Positions 39,784 to 50,387 are shown, numbered from the stretch's first letter. The stretch: DNA of 64,000 bases from an uncultured Caulobacterales bacterium (GCA_938001915.1 CALLBD010000006.1:7963-71962); one strand, 5' to 3'. The notes: generated by a model not told the origin, from the letters alone. Program-made: numbers and translations.

Positions 39784-42162
39784 TTGACTCAAAGACATCA
39801 GACTTTTGAACTGGCGCGCTTACGGCGGTCGCTCACCTCCCTGGGGACTGCTGCCGCTCTTCTCATGGGCTCAGCAGTGACGGCCTGTGCGCCGTCTGCG
39901 TCCGATACATCTCCTCGCGATTCTTCCTCTACGGAAACATCTGTTGCAAAGTCTGACTCCGCTAAATCTAAGCAAAGCGCAGCGCTTGCGGAGGATGAAG
40001 TGCTTGTGTCCACACAGGATGAGTATGCAGAGGCGGCAGCCTCTCTAAATCCTGGTGATACGATTGTCCTTGCGAATGGGACATGGGAAAATTTTGAAAT
40101 TTTATTTTCAGGAAAGGGAACGGAAGACGAGCCTATTGCCTTACGCGCTGAAACCCCGGGCGAAGTTATTCTAACAGGTCAATCCAATTTGCGTCTGTCG
40201 GGAGAGTGGCTTGATATATCTGGACTAGTTTTCACCCGGGGATATACTCCGACACGCGAGGTCATTTCTTTCCGCAAGTCAAAATCTGAACTCGCAAATA
40301 ATTCTCGTGTCCATAATGTCGTGATTGATGATTTTAATCCGCCGGAGCGCACAGCCGTTGATTTTTGGGTCATGATGTATGGGAAAAACAATCGGTTCGA
40401 TCACAACTCGCTCATAAATAAGCGTAATAAGGGCGTGACCATGGCGGTGCGAATGAACAGCGAAGCTAGTCAGAAAAATAACCACCGTATCGATCATAAT
40501 TACTTTGGCCCCCGTCCTATCTTGGGGTCCAATGGCGGAGAAACCTTGCGCATCGGTACGAGTCACCATTCGCGCAAGGACAGCCAGACATTGGTTGAAA
40601 ATAATTATTTTGATCGTGCAGACGGGGAAGTCGAAATCATTTCGTCTAAATCTGGCAAGAATGTCTTCCGAAATAATACATTTTCTAAATCTCGCGGCAC
40701 GCTGACTTTACGCCACGGCAATGACAACTTGATTGAACGCAATGTTTTCTTGGGTGAGGGCGTCGACCATACAGGTGGTTTCCGCGTGATTAATGCGCGT
40801 CAGACCGTTCGGGATAATTACATGGAAGGCCTAACAGGCTCGCGTTTTGGCGGCGCATTAGTTGTTATGAACGGCGTACCGAATGGTCCAATTAACCGCT
40901 ATGACCCTGTGATTGATTCCGTCATTACAAATAATTCTCTGATTGACAGCGATAATATTCAGCTGGGCGCGGGTAGTGATTCCGAACGTAGCGCGCCGCC
41001 GACGGGCACAACTATGGAGAAAAACCTCGTCGTCCATAGGAAGAACCGCAACAGCATGACCGTCTATGATGATATGTCGGGTATCACCTTCTCGGATAAT
41101 ATCAGTAACGTCGCGCTCGAGCCTTTGGCCGATAAATTTGACGTCCAAGATGTCACGTTGAAGCGCGCTTCAAACGGCCTTCTCTATCCTGTGGGTGATA
41201 TAGATGCGGGCGCCCCAAAAGATCTAGTTGTAACGCAGCTTGATCAGACTGGCGCGTCCTTTTACCCAAAGGCGGGCGCGCTCACCGCATTTGGCTCCGG
41301 CAAAACACATCGCGTAAAGCCGGGTGAGGGAAACCTTGCTAAGATTGTCGCAGAGGCAAAAGATGGCGACACCATTAATCTCTTGCCGGGAACGCATGTT
41401 GCCGACCGCGTCGTGTCTTTGGACAAAACTATCAAAGTTGACGGCGGCGGCGCGGCGACATTGCTCTATGAGCGCAGCGCTTTATTCGAAATTCAAGATG
41501 GCGGGAATTTACGCATTGAAGGCCTAACCATTTCAGGCGCGGAAACGCCTGATAATGTCGGCAATGTTGTCATCCGCACCAGCCCGTATTCCATGTTAGA
41601 TAATTACCGGTTGGAGATTGTCGATACGGAATTTGAAGACCTCGACGTTAACCACTCCTATGATGTGATTTCCGCGGCTAAAGGCACCTTCGCCGATTCT
41701 ATTTTATTAGAGCGCGTAAAAATTTCTGATGTCACGGGCCATGTGCTGCGCCTTGACCGTGAAACCGATGATTATGGAATCTATGCGGCGGAATATCTGA
41801 CCATTAAGGACTCTGAATTTTCGAATATTGGCGGAACAATTGCCGACGTCTATCGCGGCGGTACGGATGAAAGTACATTTGGCCCGCATGTGCTTGTCAC
41901 AGATTCTAGCTTCACAAATATCGGCGGCAATAAGCGCAATAAGTCAAAAGGCAGCTTCCGCCTTCACGGCGCGCAAGTGACGCTTCTTGAAGGCAATAGC
42001 TTTACCGACGCGCGCCCCATCATCATTGATCACACCGTGGGCGAACCGAAAACGCGTATTATCGATAATGACTTTGGCGGCACGGCTGCGCCTCGCGTGC
42101 GTGAATTAAATAGTGGTGAAGAAAACACGGTCGTGATGGAAAATAATAGAGGTGAAAAATGA
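39784..42162 (+). CDS. PL6 alginate lyase, two beta-helix domains, lipoprotein (TTG start inferred)
   Basis: PGDTIVLANGTW, NRFDHN, NGGETLRIGTS, GEVEIISSKS, LRHG; VTAC lipobox. Confidence 0.9.
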   Translation: MTQRHQTFELARLRRSLTSLGTAAALLMGSAVTACAPSASDTSPRDSSSTETSVAKSDSAKSKQSAALAEDEVLVSTQDEYAEAAASLNPGDTIVLANGTWENFEILFSGKGTEDEPIALRAETPGEVILTGQSNLRLSGEWLDISGLVFTRGYTPTREVISFRKSKSELANNSRVHNVVIDDFNPPERTAVDFWVMMYGKNNRFDHNSLINKRNKGVTMAVRMNSEASQKNNHRIDHNYFGPRPILGSNGGETLRIGTSHHSRKDSQTLVENNYFDRADGEVEIISSKSGKNVFRNNTFSKSRGTLTLRHGNDNLIERNVFLGEGVDHTGGFRVINARQTVRDNYMEGLTGSRFGGALVVMNGVPNGPINRYDPVIDSVITNNSLIDSDNIQLGAGSDSERSAPPTGTTMEKNLVVHRKNRNSMTVYDDMSGITFSDNISNVALEPLADKFDVQDVTLKRASNGLLYPVGDIDAGAPKDLVVTQLDQTGASFYPKAGALTAFGSGKTHRVKPGEGNLAKIVAEAKDGDTINLLPGTHVADRVVSLDKTIKVDGGGAATLLYERSALFEIQDGGNLRIEGLTISGAETPDNVGNVVIRTSPYSMLDNYRLEIVDTEFEDLDVNHSYDVISAAKGTFADSILLERVKISDVTGHVLRLDRETDDYGIYAAEYLTIKDSEFSNIGGTIADVYRGGTDESTFGPHVLVTDSSFTNIGGNKRNKSKGSFRLHGAQVTLLEGNSFTDARPIIIDHTVGEPKTRIIDNDFGGTAAPRVRELNSGEENTVVMENNRGEK

Positions 42163-44342
42163 TACGATCACTCCTCCTCACCGCGGCGGCGTTCAGTCTC
42201 GCCGCATGCGCCCCTCAATCCGCAACAGATGCGCCTAGTAAAATGACGGATAACGCATCTTCTTCCTCACAAGCGACAGGGTTTGATCAAACTATCGCAG
42301 TCGCGGAACGAAAGCTTGATGTGGCAATGCGCGGGCCGCTCACAATCCCGACACCAAAAGACCCGGGCGGGGGATATACGCATGAAACCCACAAGGCCAA
42401 TGGATTCATGCTTTATGATGTTGGTCAAATGTACAAACTAACCGGTGAAAAGAAATATGCAGAATTCGCAGGACAAGCCCTGCTGGATTACGCAGAGGTT
42501 TATCCGAGTTATGGAATACACCCAGCAAAGAAAGAACAATCTCCCGGGAGAATGTTTTGGCAAAATTTGAATGAGAGTATGTTTCTTCTCAATATCTCTC
42601 AAACCTATGATGCGATAAAAGATACGCTGTCCGATACACAAAAAGAAAAAATCGAAACAGACCTTCTGCGCAATATGGCGGATTTCCTATCTGTCGGCGC
42701 GCCGGAAACCTTCAACAAAGTGCATAACCACGGCACATGGGCCACAGCGGCAGTTGGCCTGACGGGCTATGCGATTGGTGATGATGAATATGTCGAACAG
42801 GCCTTACTGGGGTTGGATAAATCCGGCACAGCAGGATTCATTAAGCAAATGGATGTGCTCTTTTCTCCTGATGGATATTATAATGAGGGACCTTATTATC
42901 ACCGCTTCGCGCTCAAGCCGTTTATTATTTTTGCGCAAGCCGTCGAGAAAAATAATCCAGAACGTAAGATTTTTGAGAAACGTGACGGCATCTTAAAGAC
43001 GGCAACCTATTCTTTAATCCATCAGAATTATGGCGGATTATTTTTCCCCATTAATGATGCTATTAAAGAAAAGGGCATTCGAACTGACGAACTTCTGAAT
43101 GCCGTTGCCATTGTTTATGATTTAACGGGCGATACGGGACTTCTCTCCATTGCGCAGGAACAAAATACTTTTGTCCTCACGCCTGAGAGCCGCAAGCTCT
43201 CCCGTGATCTCGCGGCTGGTAAAGCGACGCCATTTGAATATAGATCCATGCGCCTTGGCGATGGTCAGGATGGCACCGAAGGCGCGCTTGATATTTTACG
43301 CGCCTCCAATGATCCAAAGGGGCTGGCCGCTATTGCCAAAAATACGTCCCAAGGTCTTGGCCATGGACATTTCGATAAAATGGGCTTGCTTGTTTATGAT
43401 GCCGGTCATGAGATTTTGCGCGATTATGGCGCAGCGCGTTTCTTGAACATTGAAGCCAAATTTGGCGGACATTATCTGCCGGAAAATAATAAATATGCGA
43501 AACAAACCGTAGCGCATAATGCTCTTGTTGTGGACGAGACGAGCCATTTCAACGGTGATGTTAAAATCGGAAATCAACATGCCCCTAAGCTTTACGGCTT
43601 TGTAAATGAAGACGGCATGAAACTGACCTCTGCGGAAATCTCGACCGCCTATGATGGTGTGCGTCTGGGCCGAACGGTTGCGATGATCGAAGATGATGCG
43701 TTCTATGGGCCCATCATTATTGACCTTACGGAAGCCCATTCGGAAAGCGCGCATAGCTATGATTTGCCGTTCCATTATAATGGCCATCTGATTGATACGA
43801 ATTTTGAGGTTCAAGCCGACCCGCTGAGCCGCGCGCCGCTTGGCGATAAAAATGGTTATCAATATTTGTGGAATGTCGCGGAAGCTGACCCCGTAGATGG
43901 GCTCTCGCAAGTCACATGGTTGCTGGATAAGAAATTCTACAGCGTCACCTCTGCCGTGCCTGCGAACACAAAAGTTGTTTTCACGCAAATCGGCGCAAAT
44001 GATCCGAATTTCAATTTAAAGCCAGAGCCCGGATTTATATTGCGCACGCGCTCTAATGACGGTGTCTCATTTGTGTCCGTGATTGAACCGCATGGGGATT
44101 ATAACCCGACGGCCGAATATACGATTGGCAGCCATAGCGCGGTGAAATCCGTATCTCACTTCGAAGGCGGTGCAGCAGAATATATTCTGATTGAAACGAA
44201 AGAGGGACAGTCGGTTGGTCTGGCGCTGGGTGCAGAAGATAATCCAGACGGAACGCACAGTGTGGATGTGAACGGGAAAACCATTACATGGAAAGGCGCA
44301 TATAAACTTTTCAACTCTGAAAAACATCTGTCAGCGCAATGA
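42159..44342 (+). CDS. PL17 oligoalginate lyase, lipoprotein
   Basis: PKDPGGGYTHE, FWQNLNE, HNHGTW, DGYYNEGPYY, GHGHFDK; LAAC lipobox. Confidence 0.92.
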   Translation: MIRSLLLTAAAFSLAACAPQSATDAPSKMTDNASSSSQATGFDQTIAVAERKLDVAMRGPLTIPTPKDPGGGYTHETHKANGFMLYDVGQMYKLTGEKKYAEFAGQALLDYAEVYPSYGIHPAKKEQSPGRMFWQNLNESMFLLNISQTYDAIKDTLSDTQKEKIETDLLRNMADFLSVGAPETFNKVHNHGTWATAAVGLTGYAIGDDEYVEQALLGLDKSGTAGFIKQMDVLFSPDGYYNEGPYYHRFALKPFIIFAQAVEKNNPERKIFEKRDGILKTATYSLIHQNYGGLFFPINDAIKEKGIRTDELLNAVAIVYDLTGDTGLLSIAQEQNTFVLTPESRKLSRDLAAGKATPFEYRSMRLGDGQDGTEGALDILRASNDPKGLAAIAKNTSQGLGHGHFDKMGLLVYDAGHEILRDYGAARFLNIEAKFGGHYLPENNKYAKQTVAHNALVVDETSHFNGDVKIGNQHAPKLYGFVNEDGMKLTSAEISTAYDGVRLGRTVAMIEDDAFYGPIIIDLTEAHSESAHSYDLPFHYNGHLIDTNFEVQADPLSRAPLGDKNGYQYLWNVAEADPVDGLSQVTWLLDKKFYSVTSAVPANTKVVFTQIGANDPNFNLKPEPGFILRTRSNDGVSFVSVIEPHGDYNPTAEYTIGSHSAVKSVSHFEGGAAEYILIETKEGQSVGLALGAEDNPDGTHSVDVNGKTITWKGAYKLFNSEKHLSAQ

Positions 44343-44393
44343 GAATCCCGTATAAACCATCACATTTGAAAAATAAAAAAGAGGGAAGTATTT

Positions 44394-45707
44394 ATGTTCA
44401 AGGGTAAGTTACGTTGGTGGGTCGTAGGGCTCGTCGCCCTCGCGACCGTTATTAATTATATTGATAGGCAGGCTATTACTGTTTTGTGGCCAGCTCAGAT
44501 GGCTGATGACATGTTTCCGGATATGGATGCGGACGGGCATAAGGTAATATTGGGTATTATTTCGTCCGTCTTCATTTTTGCCTATGCCTTTGGTCAAGCC
44601 ATATTTGGGAAAATATTTGATTGGGTTGGCACGCGGATAGGCTTTGCCCTTTCAATTGGTATTTGGTCTTTAGCGACAGCCTTACATGCCTTTGCCAAAG
44701 GCGTTTGGTCTTTAAGCATTTTTAGAGCCTTATTAGGTGTTGCAGAAGCCGGGGCCTGGCCTGGGGCAGCGAAAGCAAATGCGGAGTGGTTTCCAACTAA
44801 GGAGCGTGCATTTGCACAAGGAATTTTCAACTCTGGCGCCGCCATCGGTGGGATTATAGCCGTTCCTTTGATCGGGTATTTGTCCATCTTTATGGATTGG
44901 AAATTGGTGTTTATTGCGATTGGTGCCCTTGGGTTGCTTTGGCTTATACCTTGGTTTGTTATTGTTAAAGCTCCGCCGAAACATCATGATTGGTTATCTG
45001 ATGAAGAACGCGGATATATTTTGAGTGGACAAGTCGCCGAAGACCTAGACGGAGATGGCGTCGAGGATGGCGAATATGATCCAAGCACTGCTGAACTATT
45101 ATCTCGTAGGCAAAGTTGGGGTGTTATTATCGCCTCTGCTGCCATCGACCCTATCTGGTGGTTGTTCATTGTCTGGATTCCAACATACTTGTTTGAGGTC
45201 CATGGCTATGATGTCAAAGCCCTCGTAGGGTCCGGTTGGATACCGTTCGTTGGCGCTATGTTTGGCGCTTGGTTTGGCGGTCTTCTGGCGCAAGCTTTAT
45301 TGAGCCGAGGGTGGAGCGTCGATAAAACGCGGAAGTTTGTTATCACGCTTGGATGTTTAATTATGTTGCCATCCTTATTGGCAATGTCTGTTGCGGCAAC
45401 GCCAGTTCTCGCTCTAACGCTCATGTTCATTATCTTGTTCGGGTTTCAAACCGCCATCGGCAATGTGCAAACTCTGCCAAGTGATTTTCTCGGTCGTAAG
45501 GCCGTAGGTACCTTGGCCGGCTTTGCTGGCATGGCCGCTAAACTTACGGCTTTTGGATTGACGATGCTTGTTCCATTTATGACGCAGGGCGCGAATTATA
45601 GTTCCGTCTTTATTCTGGGTGCATTCTTGGCTCTTACGGCCATTGCAGCAGTTTGGTTTCTGTGCGGACATATAGCACCCCTTAAACCTCGCGGAGCGAA
45701 GGCCTAA
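44394..45707 (+). CDS. MFS hexuronate (ExuT-like) transporter
   Basis: LRWW..., NYIDRQ, EWFPTKERA. Confidence 0.9.
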   Translation: MFKGKLRWWVVGLVALATVINYIDRQAITVLWPAQMADDMFPDMDADGHKVILGIISSVFIFAYAFGQAIFGKIFDWVGTRIGFALSIGIWSLATALHAFAKGVWSLSIFRALLGVAEAGAWPGAAKANAEWFPTKERAFAQGIFNSGAAIGGIIAVPLIGYLSIFMDWKLVFIAIGALGLLWLIPWFVIVKAPPKHHDWLSDEERGYILSGQVAEDLDGDGVEDGEYDPSTAELLSRRQSWGVIIASAAIDPIWWLFIVWIPTYLFEVHGYDVKALVGSGWIPFVGAMFGAWFGGLLAQALLSRGWSVDKTRKFVITLGCLIMLPSLLAMSVAATPVLALTLMFIILFGFQTAIGNVQTLPSDFLGRKAVGTLAGFAGMAAKLTAFGLTMLVPFMTQGANYSSVFILGAFLALTAIAAVWFLCGHIAPLKPRGAKA

Positions 45708-45833
45708 GAGAGAGACAGGGCAAAGACTTCGCGGTATTTGCCCCTCAAATAAAATATGCGCGCGATAAAACCTTGCGCGTGTTTTCTTTTACCTAAAGAT
45801 GCCGAAACTGGCGTCAGATTATCGGACCAGAAA

Positions 45834-46658
45834 ATGAGAAATTTTGATGCCAAGACCGTTTCCAAAGCCGTGATTGCGGCGCGGCGGGCCTGTAAACCTA
45901 TCCCCGGATTTCCAGCGGAGCTGCCGCAGAGCTTAGAGCAAGCCTATGCGGTGCAATTACAATCTATTAAAGACTGGGGCTCTAAGCTGATTGGATTTAA
46001 AGTTGGCGGCGTCCCACCAAAATTTCAAAAGCAATTTCCTACAATCTGGCAAGCAGGCCCTATGTTTGCCGACCAGCAATATGTTGCCAAAGACGGGGAT
46101 TCGATTTACGTCACAGTTTTTGAGGACGGTTTCGCAGCCTATGAAGCCGAGCTCGTCTTTGTCCTGAAGGACCTCGATAAATTAGATAAGCCCCTAGAGA
46201 CTATCGCGGAGACGCATCAGTTCATCCAGGCCGTTCACCTCGGCGCAGAGATTGCAAGCTCGCCAAACATGGACGTGAATAATCTTGGACCAGGCTCTAT
46301 CATTTCTGACATGGGGAATAATGCAGGCGTGGTGCTCGGACCCGAAGCGCCGCTCTCCATTTTGGAGGATTTTTCCAAGCTCGAAGTCGTGCTGCATATT
46401 GATGATGTCGAGATTGGCCGCAAGACCCCGAATCCAGGTGAGAACGGCCCAATGGGCGCGCTGCGCTTCATCCTTAATCACTTTATCAGTCTCAAAGGTC
46501 AGCTGGAGCTGCCAGAGAATTGTTTGATTTCCAGTGGCGCGATTACGGGCGTGCATCAATCTCATGCGGGGACGAAAGGGAATATAAAATTTGGTGACCT
46601 CGCGGGATATGAGCTGAAAATGGTCCCGCGCCAGCCCTCCGATATAGGTGTTGTTTAA
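45834..46658 (+). CDS. 2-keto-4-pentenoate hydratase-like (FAH superfamily) protein
   Basis: AYAVQ, GFKVG, EAELVF, EIASSP, SDMGNNAG, SSGAITGVH. Confidence 0.8.
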   Translation: MRNFDAKTVSKAVIAARRACKPIPGFPAELPQSLEQAYAVQLQSIKDWGSKLIGFKVGGVPPKFQKQFPTIWQAGPMFADQQYVAKDGDSIYVTVFEDGFAAYEAELVFVLKDLDKLDKPLETIAETHQFIQAVHLGAEIASSPNMDVNNLGPGSIISDMGNNAGVVLGPEAPLSILEDFSKLEVVLHIDDVEIGRKTPNPGENGPMGALRFILNHFISLKGQLELPENCLISSGAITGVHQSHAGTKGNIKFGDLAGYELKMVPRQPSDIGVV

Positions 46659-46674
46659 AGCCTTATACTAAAAA

Positions 46675-47412
46675 TTAGCGGAGCGAGGCGCGCTCCGCAT
46701 GCTGCAAAATGATTTGAATGACCTTATCAGGAATACCGTCTTCATACACATGGCTCGGCGCGGTGAGGCTCATGGCGGCAATGACTTCGCCGCTTAATCC
46801 GAAAATCGGCGCGCCTATACAGGTCAGGCCGCGCGAAATTTCTTCATCATCCAGCGCGTAACCTTGGGCGCGCACACGGCCTAGTTCGGCTAAAAGTTCT
46901 TCAGAATTTGTAATTGTGGATTCTGTATAGCTATCCAGCTTTTGAGAAAGCACCCGTTCCCGCAAGGCCTCTGTGCCATGCGCCAAATGAATTTTCCCCA
47001 TCGCCGTACAATGTAGCGGAAAGGATTTTCCAATTTCCGAATGCAGCCGCAGGCCAAAGTCAGACGGTTCAATTTTATCAATATAAATGCCCGTATCTTC
47101 ATCGCATATGCTGAGGGTCACAACATTACCGAGCGTGTCTTGGAGTGACTTTAAGACGGGGCGACAGGCCTGTCGAATATCCAAATTTGACGTAATTTGC
47201 GCGCCCAGCGCCGCCAGAGAAAACCCTCCACGATAAGTCTTTGTCTCGGGCTCATAGCTCAGAACATTCAACGCGGTGAGTTCTTTGATAAGCCGATGGG
47301 CGCTAGAGCGCGGCAGGTCTGTGCATTGCAGGATTTCGGTAAATGTCAGCCCGCCCGCTTGTTCTGCGACGACCTGTTCTAGGATAGTAAACGCATTGGC
47401 GAGAGATGACAT
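46675..47412 (-). CDS. IclR family regulator (KdgR-like role)
   Basis: LPRSSAHRL HTH; HCTAMGK; GYALDDEE. Confidence 0.93.
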   Translation of the reverse strand: MSSLANAFTILEQVVAEQAGGLTFTEILQCTDLPRSSAHRLIKELTALNVLSYEPETKTYRGGFSLAALGAQITSNLDIRQACRPVLKSLQDTLGNVVTLSICDEDTGIYIDKIEPSDFGLRLHSEIGKSFPLHCTAMGKIHLAHGTEALRERVLSQKLDSYTESTITNSEELLAELGRVRAQGYALDDEEISRGLTCIGAPIFGLSGEVIAAMSLTAPSHVYEDGIPDKVIQIILQHAERASLR

Positions 47413-47477
47413 AGGCTATCAACTTTCCTGACGGATAACTGCCCTAAGGATTGACAAGGCTCTGAGTTTTTTGCATT

Positions 47478-47512
47478 ATTCCATATAAGGAATTAAGTTC
47501 CAAATACGGAAC
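47478..47512. promoter_or_regulatory. two IclR-type palindromes between divergent -35 boxes
   Basis: ATTCCATATAAGGAAT and GTTCCAAATACGGAAC; TTGACA at 47451 (+) and TGTCAA at 47513 (-). Confidence 0.75.
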
Positions 47513-47599
47513 TGTCAAGAATAATAATGATTTCAGGAAAAGCCTACGGCGAGCGGCCGAAATCCTACACTTGAAATCTGTCAAACGGAGGAATTGACG

Positions 47600-48229
47600 A
47601 TGAGCGCACTTATAGAGTCTTTAAAGGCCAAACGGGTTGTCCCCTTGGTCCAATCGGAAGATCCGACAACGGCCTTGAAAATTTCAGAAGCCTTGCTCGA
47701 AGGCGGCTTAGAAGTTCTCGAAGTCGTATTGCGCACGGATGCGGCTCTCGACTGCCTCGAAGCGATTGCCAAAGAATTCCCCAAAGCGCATGTCGGCGCG
47801 GGCACTGTTTTCAATGCCGTGCAGAGCGAGGAAGTTATTCGCCGCGGCGCGACTTTTATCGTCTCACCTGGATTGGATGAGCCTTCCGTCGAAGTTGCGC
47901 AATCCAAAAATATTCCAATTCTGCCGGGCGTCGCAACGCCGTCCGAATTGATGAGAGCCTATAATATGGGTTTGCGTACCGTGAAGCTATTCCCGGCCTC
48001 TGTCGTAGGCGGCCCGAAAATGATCAAGGCTTTGGCTTCCGTGGCGCGCGATGTGGGCTTTATGCCAACGGGCGGCGTTAATCCGCAAAACTTACCAGAA
48101 TATCTCGCGGTGCCAGCCGTCCTTGCCTGCGGCGGGTCTTGGCTCACACCAAAGGCCGAAATCGAAGCGGGTGACTTTGCGGCTATCACCAAATTAGCAA
48201 AAGACGCGATTGCCATCGCGAATTCCTAA
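47600..48229 (+). CDS. eda: KDPG aldolase
   Basis: EVVLRT, GAGTV, KLFPA, MPTGGV, GGSWL. Confidence 0.95.
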   Translation: MSALIESLKAKRVVPLVQSEDPTTALKISEALLEGGLEVLEVVLRTDAALDCLEAIAKEFPKAHVGAGTVFNAVQSEEVIRRGATFIVSPGLDEPSVEVAQSKNIPILPGVATPSELMRAYNMGLRTVKLFPASVVGGPKMIKALASVARDVGFMPTGGVNPQNLPEYLAVPAVLACGGSWLTPKAEIEAGDFAAITKLAKDAIAIANS

Positions 48230-48261
48230 ATCCCAGAATCCTTGCGAAAGAAAGTTTCAAC

Positions 48262-49299
48262 ATGACTGATTTTCTAACCTTTGGCGAAATCATGCTGCGT
48301 CTTCGGACGAATGGCTATGAGCGCTTTTTCCAATCTCCGTCTTTCGAAGCCACATTTGGCGGCGGCGAAGCTAACGTTGCAGTCTCCCTATGTAACTATG
48401 GTCTAGACGCTGGCTTCATCTCGGCGCTGCCAGATAATGACATTGGTCAAAATGCAATTAACTGCTTGCGCGCGCTCGGCGTCAATACAGATAACGTAAA
48501 GCGTCAAGGCGACCGCGTTGGTATTTATTACCTCGAAACAGGTGCCAATCAGCGTCCGTCAAAAGTCATTTATGATCGCGCGGCTTCGTCAATCTGCGAA
48601 GCCAAGGTCGGTGATTTTGACTGGCCAACCATATTCAAAGGCGCAAAATGGCTCCACATCACAGGTATCACACCTGCGCTTTCCCAAGGGTCTGCTGACC
48701 TCAGCATGGAATGTGTTAAGGCCGCGCAAAAGGCGGGAGTCACCGTCTCTTGCGATTTTAACTTCCGTGGCAAGCTGTGGAAATATGGCAAGACAGCGGC
48801 AGAAGTTATGCAAGACCTCGTGAAATATGTCGACGTCGGTATTGCTAATGAGTAAGATTGCCAGAAGTCTCTCGGCATTTCCGTCGACGTCGATGTCGAA
48901 AGCGGATCAGGTCATTTGGACCTCAGCAAATATGAAGAACTCTCTCAGAAAGTCCTCGATATTTATCCGGGCATGTCGACAATTGCTATTACACTTCGCG
49001 CGGCTGTGAACGCCAATATCAATGGATGGTCGGCTTGTATGCGGGACCGTGAAAATGGGTTCCTGTCGTCTAAGAAATATGAGCTCACAGACATCGTTGA
49101 CCGCGTCGGCGGCGGCGACAGCTTCGCCTCTGCCTTTATCGCTGGGTTGAACCTTTATGAAGATCGTCAGCAAAGCCTCGAATTTGCTGTTGCAGGCTCT
49201 GCGCTCAAGCATTCCATCTTGGGTGACTTCAACCGCGTGAACCGCAAAGAAGTCGAAGCCCTCATGGGCGGCGACGGCTCTGGCCGCGTTCAGCGCTAA
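48262..49299 (+). pseudogene. kdgK: 2-keto-3-deoxygluconate kinase interrupted by an in-frame TAA at 48853-48855
   Basis: FGEIMLRL, GGEANVA, DRVGGGDSF; reads ANE*DCQKSLG where NEED is expected; both halves are in one frame. Confidence 0.9.
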
Positions 49300-49320
49300 G
49301 ACGTTTTGATTTAAGTTTTG

Positions 49321-49353
49321 AAAGGGACGGGCCTCGCGACTGTCCCTTTTTTT
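49321..49353. terminator. intrinsic terminator
   Basis: AAAGGGACGG...CTGTCCCTTTTTTT. Confidence 0.8.
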
Positions 49354-49374
49354 ATGCCCAATATCTTTGCAAGA

Positions 49375-50283
49375 TTATCTTTGAAACAGGCGGCCATCCA
49401 TAATTAATAGGCCCAACCCAATCAGGCCCATTCCAAAGGCTTGTATAAAGGTGAAACTTTCGCCCAAAATTGTGACGCCTAAAAATATAGCTGAGATGGG
49501 AATAAGAAATGTCACAAGCGCCGCATTGGTCGCGCCCGCAGAGGCGATAAGGCGGAAATAAACGACATAGGCGATGACCGTGCTAAAGAACGCGAGTCCT
49601 ATAGTTGCGCCTATGGCGTCCAGCGGGAGTGCTATCGGGAGCTGCGGCTTATCTATAATCAGCATGAGCGGGATGAGGATAAATGTCGCCATGGTAACTT
49701 GCCCTGTTGCCACGATGAGCGGCGAGATACCCCAGGCTTTGAACCGCCGAGAGAACACGGCCGCAAAGGCATAAGAGAGTGCCGCCCCCATAACCGCCAA
49801 TTGCCCCAGCATGGAGCCTGACAGGCCTTCAAAGGCTTCGGGGCCGATAAGGACTATTGTGCCTAATAACCCGAACAGCACGCCCAAGAGTTTCGGTTTC
49901 GTGATGCGTTCATCCATGAGGAGCGCGCCCGCGACCAAGACCGTAAAGAAAGGTGCCGTCGCATTGAAAATAGACGCCAGCCCAGAGTTAATTTGCGTTT
50001 GCCCCCAGGTAATTAAAGTGAAGGGAAGGGCATTATTTATCAGCCCCAAAATAAATAGTGCGCGCCAATGTTGAGCCGTTTTCGGGCGCGGAATTTTAAG
50101 CGCAAAAACAATCCCCCATAGCGCCACTGCGGCGAGGGCAACACGGCACGTGACAATGGTAAGCGGCCGAAGATGTTTGACCAAGATTTCAATAAAGAAA
50201 AACGACCCACCCCAAAGGATGGAAAGCCCGACCAACATAAGCATGTCGGAGAGTTTCATGTGCTGATGAATATTTGGGGTCAT
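49375..50283 (-). CDS. DMT/EamA family transporter
   Basis: WGGSF, ~10 hydrophobic segments, LGE motif. Confidence 0.92.
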   Translation of the reverse strand: MTPNIHQHMKLSDMLMLVGLSILWGGSFFFIEILVKHLRPLTIVTCRVALAAVALWGIVFALKIPRPKTAQHWRALFILGLINNALPFTLITWGQTQINSGLASIFNATAPFFTVLVAGALLMDERITKPKLLGVLFGLLGTIVLIGPEAFEGLSGSMLGQLAVMGAALSYAFAAVFSRRFKAWGISPLIVATGQVTMATFILIPLMLIIDKPQLPIALPLDAIGATIGLAFFSTVIAYVVYFRLIASAGATNAALVTFLIPISAIFLGVTILGESFTFIQAFGMGLIGLGLLIMDGRLFQR

Positions 50284-50387
50284 GAGACGCTATAGGCTGA
50301 AAGGGTGGGCTGTGTCGTGGGGGAAAAGGGCATTACATTTTATCTTACACCGTCATCACAAGAGCGGGGTCTTGTCTTTCCTTTCTA

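Noticed and set aside
43296-43988. Long antisense ORFs (also 26073-26795, 24184-24840, 54455-55069 and others)
   Set aside because: Shadow frames of well-supported genes with no motifs of their own
48853-48855. Programmed readthrough or Sec/Pyl recoding in kdgK
   Set aside because: The stop is TAA, the expected residue is Glu, and other genes here use TAA as a normal stop
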